Positions 1-9,984 of a DNA stretch of 30,052 nt are shown piece by piece. Every line of letters begins with the position of its first letter. Within the stretch, counting starts at the first letter, position 1. The translations under genes and the position numbers were made by a program. Source of the DNA: Candidatus Vampirococcus lugosii (GTDB taxonomy: Bacteria > Patescibacteriota > Gracilibacteria > Absconditabacterales > Absconditicoccaceae). The DNA is taken from assembly GCF_018420025.1 (NCBI RefSeq), contig NZ_JAEDAM010000100.1:1-30052 (forward strand), in the 5' to 3' direction. Below the pieces are notes generated by a model. That model made no database searches. It was not told the DNA's origin and saw only the letters and a program-made list of their open reading frames with translations.

Positions 1-99
1 TATAATTTTATATGTGTTGAAAAAGACGACTTTAGAACAGGTGGAAAGTTTTTTGAATGGCAGAAAAGAAATTATCGTCCAGAAATAATTAATCAATAA
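1..99 (+). CDS. 3' end of an unidentified protein-coding gene (5' end outside window)
   Basis: Frame 1 is open from position 1 to TAA at 97-99 (...FRTGGKFFEWQKRNYRPEIINQ*). A long hairpin plus T-run follows at 137-186. No family recognised. Confidence 0.4.
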   Translation, partial: YNFICVEKDDFRTGGKFFEWQKRNYRPEIINQ

Positions 100-136
100 T
101 ATTATCTATAGATAATAAAGAAATTTTGTTTTTATA

Positions 137-186
137 AAATTGAGAGATTTAGTGATTTAAATTACTTTATTTCTCAATTTTTTGTT
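137..186 (+). terminator. Rho-independent terminator-like long imperfect hairpin plus T-run
   Basis: aaaattgagagatttagtgattt / aaattactttatttctcaatttt pair as an extended stem (a few G-U pairs and mismatches). A T-run follows, 38 nt after the stop at 97-99. Confidence 0.5.
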
Positions 187-575
187 TAAAAATTATGAAA
201 ATATTCAAAATGTAAAATCTTTTTTGAATTTTCAGATAAATATGAAATACTTTATAATTGGAATTCTATTAATAATTCTAATATTTTTTCCAATTTTTTT
301 GTATCTTTATTTTTTAATCTCATCTTTGTAAACTATAATACTTTGTCTTGTAATGAAAAATATTATTGTATTTACTCTTGAAATTATACTTTTTGATTAT
401 TTTTTGTAAATCTTTTTTTGATTATTTTATTTGCTAAATAATTTTTTTTCTTTTATTTTTTGGTTGATATATTTGAAATTGGTCTTCTATTAAATAAAAA
501 AATTATTAGTCTTGAAAAAATATAAAAATTCTTTATTATTAGTTTTGATTTATTTTATTGTTTTTATATTTTATT

Positions 576-1370
576 ATGAGTTCTAAAAAAAAAGCTGGAT
601 TATTATTAAGTACTGATAGTCTTTCTTGATATTGACTTGATTTAATATTTCAAACTGCTAGTAATGTAGGTTTTGATTGAATAGATTTGGCTATGTGGAA
701 AAATTTTGATAGTTGGAGTTATTCGTATGTTAAAAAACTTTCAGAAAATCATAATATACCTGTTAAGTGTATTCAACTTTCAGAGAATGTTAATTCTAGA
801 GAAATGAATCAAGCAGTTGATATAGCTAAATATTTGTCAATTAATACTATATCTATAAATGCACCTAAAATAACTAATTTTAAATCATATAAGTTTATAG
901 TTAATAATATTTGAGCATACAAAAGACATAATCCAGATATTAAGTTTTGTATGATAAACCCACCAAAAAGTAATTTATTTATACTTCCAGTTTATACTTA
1001 TAATTTTACTAGTATTGTAGAAATATTTAAAAAGTATAAAATGTTTTTATGATTAGATATTGTTAATTTGGATGAAACAATACTTGAAACAAATTTTTTG
1101 AGAAAAATGGCAAATTTTATACCATATATATGAATTGTTTATGTTTCAGATAAAACTAAAACATGAGTTTGACATGCTCCTCTTTGACAATGAACTTTAA
1201 AATTAGAATCAATTTTTAAAAAGTTTAAGCAAAATGAATATTATGGTGATTTTAGTTTAAAATTAAATTTGGATAAATTAGTATTGTCTGATATAGAAAA
1301 AGTTGAACAAGTTCTAAAAAAATCTAGACTTTTTTATAAAGATAATTATATTGATTTAGTTATTGATTAG
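576..1370 (+). CDS. Xylose-isomerase-like TIM-barrel protein (sugar phosphate isomerase/epimerase, AP-endonuclease-2 fold), putative
   Basis: ATG 576 to TAG 1368-1370, 264 aa under table 25 with about 11 in-frame TGA. The track ORF 687-914 is an internal fragment in the same frame. Recognised by eye only, from the GFDGIDL..., ...INAP... and ...GVGHAPLGQGTLKL... pattern typical of this fold. Confidence 0.5.
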
Positions 1371-1397
1371 TATTTTATATATTTTAATTTATAAGTT

Positions 1398-2114
1398 ATG
1401 AGCTCGCCAAGACATATATGATTTATTCCTGATTGAAATAGAACTTGGGCAAAATCAAAATGAATTCATAAATTCTTTTGACATTTGGAGTGATTTAATA
1501 ATGTTATATCTTTGGTAAAATATGTTTTTGCAAATACGGATGTTGAAGTTTTTAGTGTTTGGTGATTGAGTACTGAAAACTCTTTATCAAGAAATGAAGA
1601 CGAATTAGAATACCTTTTTAAATTATATGAAAAAATTCCTTCTGAACTTGATGATTTTTTGCAAGAAAATAAGATAAATTTTAAATTAGTTTGAAATAGA
1701 GATTGATTACCTTGATATCTTACAGATTTTTTTGTAGAAAAAGAAAAAAAATTTAACTTTTCTTGATCAAATAAAACTTTTGTGTTGGCGGTAAATTATT
1801 GATGAAGGGATGAAATAATAAGATGAGTTAAATCTCTTATTAGTGATAATGTTAATTGTTGAAATTTAGTTTCTAAACTTGATTCTGATTTGCTTTCAAA
1901 ATATCTTGATTTTTCTGATTTACCTTTGATTGATTTAGTTATTAGAACTAAATGAAATAAGGCAAAAAGATCTTCTTGATTTATGTTGTGGTGGATATGA
2001 TATGCAGAATTATATTTTTCTGATAAGTTGTGTCCAGATTTTACAAGTGAAGATTTGGAACAAGTTCTTGAATGGTTTTGCGATATTCAAAAAGATAGAA
2101 ATTTTTGAAAATAA
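1398..2114 (+). CDS. uppS: Undecaprenyl-diphosphate synthase (cis-isoprenyl transferase)
   Basis: 238 aa under table 25. Hallmarks: GFIPDGNRTWA (the G of DGN is TGA at 1434-1436), WGLSTEN, AVNYGGRDEI, DLVIRTKGNKAKRSSGFMLWWIGYAELYF...CPDF. No in-frame TAA/TAG (checked codon by codon). Confidence 0.9.
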
Positions 2115-2142
2115 TTTAATTATATAAAATAATATATTAATA

Positions 2143-3273
2143 ATGAACTTCTCTATAAAAAATAATGATTTGAATGATGTTTTGGATTTATGTATGAAAT
2201 TTATTTCCAAAAGTTCAACTTTACCTATATTGGAAAATATTTGTATTGAGGCTTGAGAAGATGGAGTTGTTTTTAAAGCAACGGATATGGAAAAATATAT
2301 TAGTTTTAAATTACCTGTTGATGTGCTTACTGAAGGTTCGCTTACTGTTAATTGAAAAATATTTTTGGATATTATAAGAAATATTGAATCGGATGTTGTA
2401 AATTTTAATAAAGATGATAGAAATGAAATATTGTATTTGAATTCAAATGAAGATAAATTTGAAATAAATTGAATAGCATCATCAGAATATATAGCTTCAC
2501 CCAAAATTGATTTGGATGAAAGTATTAGTTTATCTGCAAAAAATTTTGTTAATTGAATATCAAAAGTTACTTATTCTGTTACAGAGAGAAATTTCTCTCC
2601 TATATTGACATGATTACTAATTAGATCTACTGAAGATTGACTTGCATTTGTTTGAACTGATTCTTTTAGACTTGCAGAATATAATATTCCTGTGAATTTA
2701 AATAAGTATTTTGATATTATTGTTCCTAAATTAAATATTATTGAAATTCAAAAAGTTTTAGATTTTTTTATCTCCAAATGATGAGATGATTTTGAATTAA
2801 ATTTTTCAAATAATTTAATTTCTTTTAAATTAAAAACTGATGAATTTAGTATATATTTAACTTCTATTTTGATACAATGAAATTTTCCAAATTATAAAAA
2901 TGAAAATATTATGCCTACTAATTCAAATACTGATTTTGAAGTTCCCAAAAATGAACTTGAAAAAGCAATAAGAAAAATATCTATTTTTACTAGAGATATT
3001 AATAATTTTATTGATTTGTCTATTTCTTCATCTTGAAATATTTTTATAGAATCTGGACAAACTGATAAAGGTAATGCAAAAACTTCTATTAATACAAAAA
3101 TAAATTGAGATGATGTTTATTTTGGTGTTAGTTGAAAATATATTCAAGATTTTTTGAAAAATATAGATTCGGATACTGTTATTGTTAGGATTGTTGATAA
3201 TCAAAATCCTATTGTTTTTAAAGATAGTCAAGATAATAATTTGACTTATATTGTCAGACCACTGGTTAAGTAA
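2143..3273 (+). CDS. dnaN: DNA polymerase III beta sliding clamp
   Basis: 376 aa. Frame checked codon by codon, no TAA/TAG. Motifs: LPILENICIEA, FVGTDSFRLAEY, ILIQGNFPNYKNENIMP, C-terminal ...LTYIVRPLVK*. Starts 29 nt after uppS. No dnaA upstream. Confidence 0.9.
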
Positions 3274-3296
3274 GTTTATATAATAATTTAAATATT

Positions 3297-3935
3297 ATGA
3301 AAATAAATAATAAATGATTTACTCTTGTTGAACTTATGATAGTTCTTTCTATAATATGAGTTCTTTTTGGTGTTTTTTCTAGATTATTAAGTTTTGAAAA
3401 TAGAGATTATATTAGATGAGAGTGATGTGTTAATCATGTTTATTGAGAAATAAAAAATTATTTTGATAATGCATCAACATGAAAATGAATATATACATGA
3501 TGAAATGATTTAGAATTCCCTAGTTTATATTCAGTACAATTTAATACTTGAGATAATAAAGTGTTATTTAAATATGATACTGTTAGTTCAACAGGTCAAG
3601 ACTATAAAGAAATTTTGCTTTCTTGAACTTGAAGAGATTCCAATTTTTGTTTTGATGAAAATGCATGATATCATATTAATATAGATAAAGTGAATTTGGA
3701 TAAAATTGCTATGAATAAATTATTACAATCGGATGTAAAGACTTCTCCATTTACATTACATGAAACTAATGATAGTATTGTTACTTGACATGTTGAATTT
3801 GTTTTTGAAAAATGAGATTTTAAAAGAATAATAAGTAAGATAGAATTTGATAAAAGGGTTAGTAGAATTTATCATAATAAATGTGTTCATCGGTGAGATG
3901 ATTATGAAACTTGTGAAACTTGGTCAGATAATTAA
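3297..3935 (+). CDS. Type IV pilin / prepilin with class III signal peptide, candidate major pilin
   Basis: 212 aa. N-terminus MKINNK-G|FTLVELMIVLSIIGVLF is a prepilin peptidase site with Glu+5, and the invariant Gly-1 is TGA at 3315-3317. The C-terminus has a Cys-x10-Cys pair (NKCVHRGDDYETCETW) resembling the pilin D-region disulfide loop. Confidence 0.75.
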
Positions 3936-4013
3936 TTATTTTTATATGATTACTATATTATATCATATTAAAATTATTATAAATTGACTTTAACTTATCT
4001 TTATTTATATATT

Positions 4014-4043
4014 AGTTTAGATTTATATCTAAACTTTTATTTT
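4014..4043 (+). terminator. Rho-independent terminator after the pilin gene
   Basis: Perfect 9-bp stem agtttagat / atctaaact, 4-nt loop ttat, then tttatttt. Confidence 0.55.
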
Positions 4044-4056
4044 ACTTAAAATAATA

Positions 4057-5241
4057 ATGAAAGATATCAGATTAATTATTGATATTTGAAATTGATATCT
4101 AAAAGGTATCGTAGTTTGAAATGAAGATTGAAAAAATATTCTTTTGGCTAGAGATTCTTTAAAAACTAAATGAATGAGAAAATGAAGAATTCTAGATGTA
4201 GATGATTTTGTTTATTCTATAAGATCTCTTTTGGATAGTTTTGAAAAAAAACTATGATGAGATTATTTTGATGATGTTACTATTTGAGTTTCTCATCCTG
4301 AAATGAAAATCAAAAGATTATCTGAACAAAAAAGAATAGTTTGAGATAAAATATTGCAAGAGGATGTAGATCATTTATCTAGTTTAGTTGATGATACTAG
4401 TTGAATTCAAAATTATGAAACTATAAAAATAATGCCTGTGAAGTGGGTGATAGATGATGAAACGAAATTAAAAGACCCTCTAGGCATGGAATGAAGAAAA
4501 CTTGAAATTGTGGCAGACGTTTTTATGATACCAAAAAACTATTACAATAGTTTATTAGATGTTTGTGAAAAGCTTGAATTAGATTTGTCTGATGTTGTTC
4601 CTAATATATTATGATCTGCTGAAGTTGCATTGGATTTTGATTCCAAAGATTTATGAACATTGCTTTTGGATATTTGAGCTAATCAAACTAGTTATGTTAT
4701 TTATGAAGATGGTTATCCTGTACATTATGGGGTAGTTCCTATTGGTTGAGAAGATGTAACAAAAGATATATCTATTTGAATGCAAGTTGATATTAAAGAA
4801 GCTGAAAAAATGAAATTAGAAGTTTGAGATATCTATATGGATGATGATATTCCTGAACAAAGTGATAACAGTATAGATACATCTTTTTTGTCTGATATAA
4901 TAGCTGCTAGGTATGAGGAAATATTTGATTACATAAATAAAGATCTTATAGATTTATGAAAAGATGCGAGATTGCCTTGATGAATTAATATGATTTGATG
5001 AGCATCAAAACAAAAAAATTTGGATAAACTTGCAAAATTTCAATTTAAATTAGCTACTTCAAGTTGAAGAGATAATTTTACATGATTTTGAGAAGTTTCC
5101 AATAATTTATCTTATATAAGTTGTTTATGAGTTTTTTATTGGGGGATGAAATATCCTTGATCTTTTTCCAAATGATTGGGTATGTGAATGTGATTCTCTT
5201 GGTTGGGAAAGATATTTAAATATATAAAAGATATGTTCTAA
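4057..5241 (+). CDS. ftsA: Cell division protein FtsA (actin-like ATPase)
   Basis: 394 aa, frame checked codon by codon. IIDIGNGYLKG (phosphate-1), LLLDIGANQTSYVIYEDG, VPIGGEDVTKDIS, INMIGGAS. C-terminal amphipathic helix GKIFKYIKDMF. Sits immediately upstream of ftsZ. Confidence 0.85.
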
Positions 5242-5313
5242 TTATATCTTAAAAATAAAAAAAATAAAAAAAATATTATTAAAAATTTACTTAATTAAAA
5301 AAAATAATATATT

Positions 5314-6549
5314 ATGAATATGCAAGAATTTGTTCCAGATTTTGTTCCTTGAGCTAGAATTAAAGTAGTTTGAGTTGGTTGAGGTTGAGCTAATACTGTA
5401 AATAGAATGATAGAAGATTGAATGCATTGAGTAGAATTTATTACTGTAAATACTGATGCACAGGCTTTATCTAGTAGTTTAGCTGATAAAAAAATTAATA
5501 TTTGATTAAATATTACTAGATGATTGTGAGCTTGAGCTAATCCAGAAGTTGGTAGGAAATCTGCTGAAGAAAATATTGATGAAATAAAAAAAATTTTACA
5601 AGATACTGATATGATTTTTGTTACTGCTTGAATGTGATGATGAACTTGAACTTGAGCAGGTCCAGTAATAGCACAAGCAGCAAAAGAAATGTGAATTTTG
5701 ACAGTTTGAGTTGTTACTAAACCTTTTACTTTTGAGTGAAGAAAAAGATTTGATAATGCAAATGAAGGCTTAGAAAAAATTAAAGCATCGGTTGATACAT
5801 TGATAGTAATTCCTAATGATAAAATTTTTAATATTATAGATAAAAAAACTACTTTTAAACAAGCTTTTTCTATGGTTGATAAAGTTTTATTGTTGTGAGT
5901 TCAATGAATATCTGATTTAATAATTAAACCTTGAGATATTAATATAGATTTTGCAGATATAAGAGTTATTATGGAAAATTCTGGTACTGCTTTATTATGA
6001 ATTTGATATTGAGATTGAGAAAATAGGGCAGTGGATGCAGCTAGGAGAGCAGTTGATAATCCTTTGTTGGAAGCAAATTTGGAATGAGCTGAAAATATTA
6101 TATTTGCAGTTACATGATGAGATGATTTAACTCCTGTAGAAGTGCAAGAAGCATCTAGGGTAGTTGAAGAAATAGCAAATCCAGAAGCAAATATTATTTG
6201 GTGAATGACTTTTGATGAAGGTTTTGAATGAGAAGTAAAAGTTACAATTGTAGCAACTTGATTTCCAGAATCTACTCAAGAAAGTATGATAAGATGAGCA
6301 AAACAGTCTAATGTAGGTATGAGAAGAACTAGATGAGATGATTTTGTAGCAAAAGCTATATGATGAATGTGATGAGAAAAATCTAATTCTACAAAACAAA
6401 ATTATTCTAATTCTAATAATTATTCTAATTCTAATAATTATTCTAATTCTAATAATTATGATTCTTGACAATCTTGATATAATCAAAACAATAAATCATC
6501 TAATGATATAGAAACTCCTGCTTTTTTGAGAAAAAAATTATGAAAATAA
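5314..6549 (+). CDS. ftsZ: Cell division GTPase FtsZ
   Basis: 411 aa, frame checked codon by codon. ARIKVVGVGGGGANTVNRM, NTDAQAL. In the tubulin signature AGMGGGTGTGAGP, all six Gly of GGGTGTG (5635-5655) are TGA. C-terminal conserved peptide DIETPAFLRKKLGK. Confidence 0.97.
6400..6459. repeat. 18-bp tandem repeat (aattattctaattctaat x3.3) inside the ftsZ C-terminal linker
   Basis: Three perfect copies at 6400-6453 plus a partial copy. In frame they encode (NYSNSN)x3. This also generates the artefactual antisense track ORF 6127-6486 (RIIIRIRIII...). Confidence 0.95.
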
Positions 6550-6696
6550 ATTTTATTTCAAAATAATAAATATTGTGATAGCTAAATATAAGTAATATTT
6601 GGTACATAGATAATTTTTATGTATAATTAAGATTATAAAGTAATAGATTATCTTGAAGAAAATCTATAAATGAATAGATAAAAAATTATTGAAAAT

Positions 6697-6736
6697 AAAA
6701 ATAGATTTATGTACTACATAAATCTATTTTTATTTT
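6697..6736. terminator. Perfect 17-bp palindrome flanked by A-run and T-run (bidirectional terminator-like)
   Basis: aaaaatagatttatgta c tacataaatctattttt. It lies in the convergent gap between ftsZ (+) and the 6822-7979 gene (-). Confidence 0.5.
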
Positions 6737-6795
6737 CTTGCAAATTCTTGTCTAAATCAATGATTTAGAAATTTTGTTCTACAAAGATGAGATAT

Positions 6796-6826
6796 AACTA
6801 TAAAATTGAGTTATAGTTTTTTTATT
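6796..6826 (+). terminator. Hairpin plus T-run
   Basis: aactataa / ttatagtt 8-bp stem, 7-nt loop, followed by ttttttattt. It overlaps the stop codon (6822-6824) of the minus-strand gene. Confidence 0.35.
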
Positions 6827-7979
6827 TATCAAAATCTGATATTTTATTAATTTTATTTTGAAAATCTAAAATTTTATTATTCATTAAGTAGAAATCTATA
6901 CATCATTTCAAAAAAGAATTTGTATCATCTCAAAAATTTAAAATATCTTTTTTTAAATTTAACATAACATAAATTTCATTATTTTTTATAAAAAATTTAA
7001 ATTCTTTATCATTAAATAATTTTATTAATTCTTCTATAATTTCAAATAATTGAGTTTTCTCAAATTTTTCTCTATGATATGTATCATCTATTAAAATATT
7101 ATATTTTTCTTCTAATTTTAAATTATATATTTTATATTTTAAATATATATATAATATTAAAATATTAAGTGAAACCCAAAAAATAACACTATTAATATTT
7201 AATATTAATTCATTATAATTCATACTTGTAATATAAAATATTGTACCTAATAAAAGTATTGCAAAAAATATTGGAAATAAAATTTGTAAAATCATAAATA
7301 AAATACCTTTTGAAGTAATTTTTTTAATTATTTTTATTCATTCAGAATAATTATAATCTATTTTTTTATCAAAAATCATTTTTCGTATATATAGTTTATC
7401 AACAGTTATTAAATTAGGTCAATTATCTGAATCATTAACATTTTTTGTTTCCAATTCAATTCATTTTATTTTTGAATTTTTATCAATATCATATTCCAAT
7501 GAATTTCAAAAAAATCAAATTGTTGTATAATCTCTTATGAGATTAGTTTTATTTTTTACTTCATCTATACTTTCATCAAAAAAATTATCAGAAAAATTAA
7601 ATTTAATTCATTTAAGCATAAATTCTAAAAAAAATACAAACATATAATTTTCCTCATCAATTATTTTTTTTTCATCATCTTTGAGACTTCAAGATTTTAA
7701 AATAATATAAAAAAATAAAATAAAAAAAGTAATAATTCAGATTAGTGATGTAAATTTAAATTCAAGCTGAGATAAAACTAAAATAGATACTCCCCATAAT
7801 AGAAAAATATAAAGAACTAATTTCCCAAAAATATTACTTTTTTGTTTATATTTATTTTTATTTTTATTAAAATCTAAAATATTTGTTTCATTTTCAAAAA
7901 ATGAATAAATTTTATTAATTTCTTCTTCTGTTATCTTGGAATTATAAATTTCTTTAATATTCTTTTTTATATTTAACAT
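6822..7979 (-). CDS. Uncharacterised membrane protein, paralog A (two TM pairs separating two soluble domains)
   Basis: 385 aa. Track ORFs 7737-7979 and 6930-7295 are in the same frame, and the stretch between them has only TGA, no TAA/TAG (checked codon by codon). Stop is TAA (rc of 6822-6824). Homologous to the 9985-11148 product, e.g. KFNFSDNFFDESIDEVKNKTNLI vs KFSLSDKYFDETVKEIKDKTGLL, and FFIKNNEIYVMLNL vs FFFEKNQIYVIIHL. Confidence 0.7.
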
Positions 7980-8000
7980 ATTTTAATTTTTAATATTAAA

Positions 8001-8048
8001 TTATATTAAAATTATATTATATTAAAATTATATTATATTAAAATTATA
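8001..8048. repeat. 16-bp perfect tandem repeat x3 (ttatattaaaattata) in a divergent promoter region
   Basis: Copies at 8001-8016, 8017-8032 and 8033-8048, between the start of the minus-strand gene (7979) and the plus-strand gene (8158). Confidence 0.9.
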
Positions 8049-8157
8049 ATTTATTTCAAATTTATTGATATGAAAGTTAAAAAATATGAAAAAAAGTTTT
8101 GACTATAATCATAAAAAAATATATAATATATATATTTATATTTATATAAGAATAAAT

Positions 8158-9303
8158 ATGCAAGAAAAAATAGTAAAATATATTGAAGAAATAGAATGAT
8201 ATATTATTAAATTAGATTCTTTAAATTATGATGAAATAGTTAATTTATACTATATGATAATAAATAATTATGATATAGTAATAAAAATTTCATATGAAAA
8301 TATTGCTAATTCAAAAGAATATGTTTATCTTAAATTAAGTAAATTAAATAATTTACTTTATGTTTTGCCATATTTTTATAAATATAGTGATTTTTCAAAA
8401 TGACTTGAAGCTTTTAATTTGATTGATGATTTAAAAATAAATTGTATGTCTGAATTATCAAAATTAGATATAAATAATGAAAATAAAATAATAAAACTTT
8501 TGGATATAGCTTATCTGTATACTAAAGCTTGAAAAAAAATAATTGAGTTTAATAATGAAATACAAATAGTAGAACATATATATACATCAGCTATTAAAAT
8601 TTTTGATCAAGCTATTTATATAGATGATAAAAGAAAAATTTCTTATTTAATAAAAATTTCTGCAACTGAACTTATGTGAAAAACTTCTGAATCTTTAAAA
8701 ACTCATTATGATTTATTAAATAATGATTCGGATTTTATAGATGATTTTTCTGATAATTTAGATAAAAATGGTAATATAAAAATAAAAACTAAAGATTTAG
8801 ATAATTTGATAAAAGATAATAAAATAATTGCAAAATCAAATAAAATTATTTTTCAATCTGCTAGTTTTTGAGCACTTATAACTATTCATCCTTTTCCTAT
8901 ACCTATGTTAGATTATTTTTTGATTGTTAGTATTCAAATAAATATGCTTGTTAGAATATGAAAATTATATTGAATAAAATTAAACAAAAAAATGGCAAAA
9001 GAAATTTTAGTTCAATTATCTTGAACAATGTGATTTTTATATTTTAGAAATCATATAATTATATTTTTAACAAAATTATGAATTCCAATATTTTGAGGTT
9101 ATATAATAATTCCATTTGTTTTTGCTTTTATATATTGAATGTGAAAAGTTTTTGATGCATATTATTATTATCAATATAATAATATTGAATTAAATTCAAA
9201 TGAAATTAAACAATTATTTACAGAAAATAAAAACTGGGCTTGGAATTTTGCAAAACAACAAAAGAATTTTATCATTAAAGAATGAAGAAAACAAAAATTA
9301 TAG
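8158..9303 (+). CDS. Membrane protein with C-terminal DUF697/YcjF-like domain (putative)
   Basis: 381 aa, frame checked codon by codon, TAG at 9301-9303. An alternative in-frame ATG at 8086 lies in very AT-rich sequence. The C-terminal half SASFGALITIHPFPIPMLDYFLIVSIQINMLVRIGKLYGIKLNKKMAKEIL...GIPIFGGYIIIPFVFAFIYGMGKVF matches the DUF697 pattern as I remember it (P-x-P-x-x-D, Q-x-x-M, YG). Confidence 0.55.
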
Positions 9304-9435
9304 AAAATATTATTAATTGTATTACTTTGTTGCTATAAAGCTTAAAATATATATATGAAATATATTGTTTGTAATTAGATTATGAAAATTAAACTTATTT
9401 TTTATATTTAGTTTTCATAATTTTTTTAAGTTAAT

Positions 9436-9963
9436 TTATTTTTCAAATTCAAAATATTTGTATTCTGGAATGTTTATTAAATTTGCTATTAAATTATATG
9501 GGAAAGTTTGTTTAGTAGTATTTAATATATTCAAATTTGAATTATATATTTTTTTTGATCAAGATAAATTTTCTTCTATTCTTGATATTTCGTTTTGTAA
9601 TTTTAAAAAGTTTTCATTAGCTTTAATATCTGGATATTTTTCTATATTTGCAAAAATATTTTTAAGATTATAAGATAATTTTTTTTCTTGTTCTTGTCTT
9701 TTATTATCTAATGATGAAGTTTTTTTTATAAAATTTCTTGTATTAACTAATTCTGATAAAACATCTTTTTCATAATTTTGGTATTGATTTATTATTTTTA
9801 CTAAATTAGGAATCAAATCAGCTCTTTTTTGTAAATTAATATCTATTAATCTATAGGAATTTTCTACAAAATTTTTGTATTTTATTATTTTATTATAGAT
9901 AATAATAATTCATATTGATAATAATATAGTTATTAAAACTAATATATAAAAAAATAAGTTCAT
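9436..9963 (-). CDS. lemA: LemA family protein
   Basis: 175 aa. N-terminal TM (MNLFFYILVLITILLSIGIIII), then IDINLQKRADLIPNLVKIINQYQNYEKDVLSELVNTRN ... KLQNEISRIEENLSGSKKIYN...FPYNLIANL, the canonical LemA pattern. The track ORF 9559-9816 is an internal fragment. Confidence 0.85.
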
Positions 9964-9984
9964 CAATTAAGTTTAATAATAAAA

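Noticed and set aside
242-409. Two tiny hydrophobic ORFs (242-331, 29 aa; 353-409, 18 aa) in the 390-nt gap before the TIM-barrel gene
   Set aside because: They are too short, made of poly-T/AT-derived Phe, Ile and Leu codons, and have no supporting signal. The region is more likely a T-rich promoter or leader. Not reported as genes.
2010-2504. 164-aa minus-strand ORF in the supplied track
   Set aside because: It is antisense to the 3' end of uppS and the 5' end of dnaN, both of which have strong family motifs on the plus strand. Its sequence is low-complexity and AT-codon driven. It is an artefact of standard-code ORF calling.
3877-3912. RGD tripeptide inside the pilin C-terminal Cys loop as a possible eukaryotic-integrin adhesion motif
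   Set aside because: A tripeptide is expected by chance. The likely hosts of such CPR bacteria are prokaryotes. There is no supporting context.
4057-5241. Possibility that this actin-like gene is PilM rather than FtsA, given the adjacent pilin
   Set aside because: It sits immediately upstream of ftsZ and ends in an FtsA-type amphipathic membrane-targeting helix (GKIFKYIKDMF). No PilN follows it.
6127-6486. 119-aa minus-strand ORF (RIIIRIRIII...)
   Set aside because: It is antisense to ftsZ, and its repetitive part is the reverse translation of the 18-bp linker repeat. Not a gene.
9458-9673. 71-aa plus-strand ORF
   Set aside because: It is antisense to lemA, whose family pattern on the minus strand is unambiguous.
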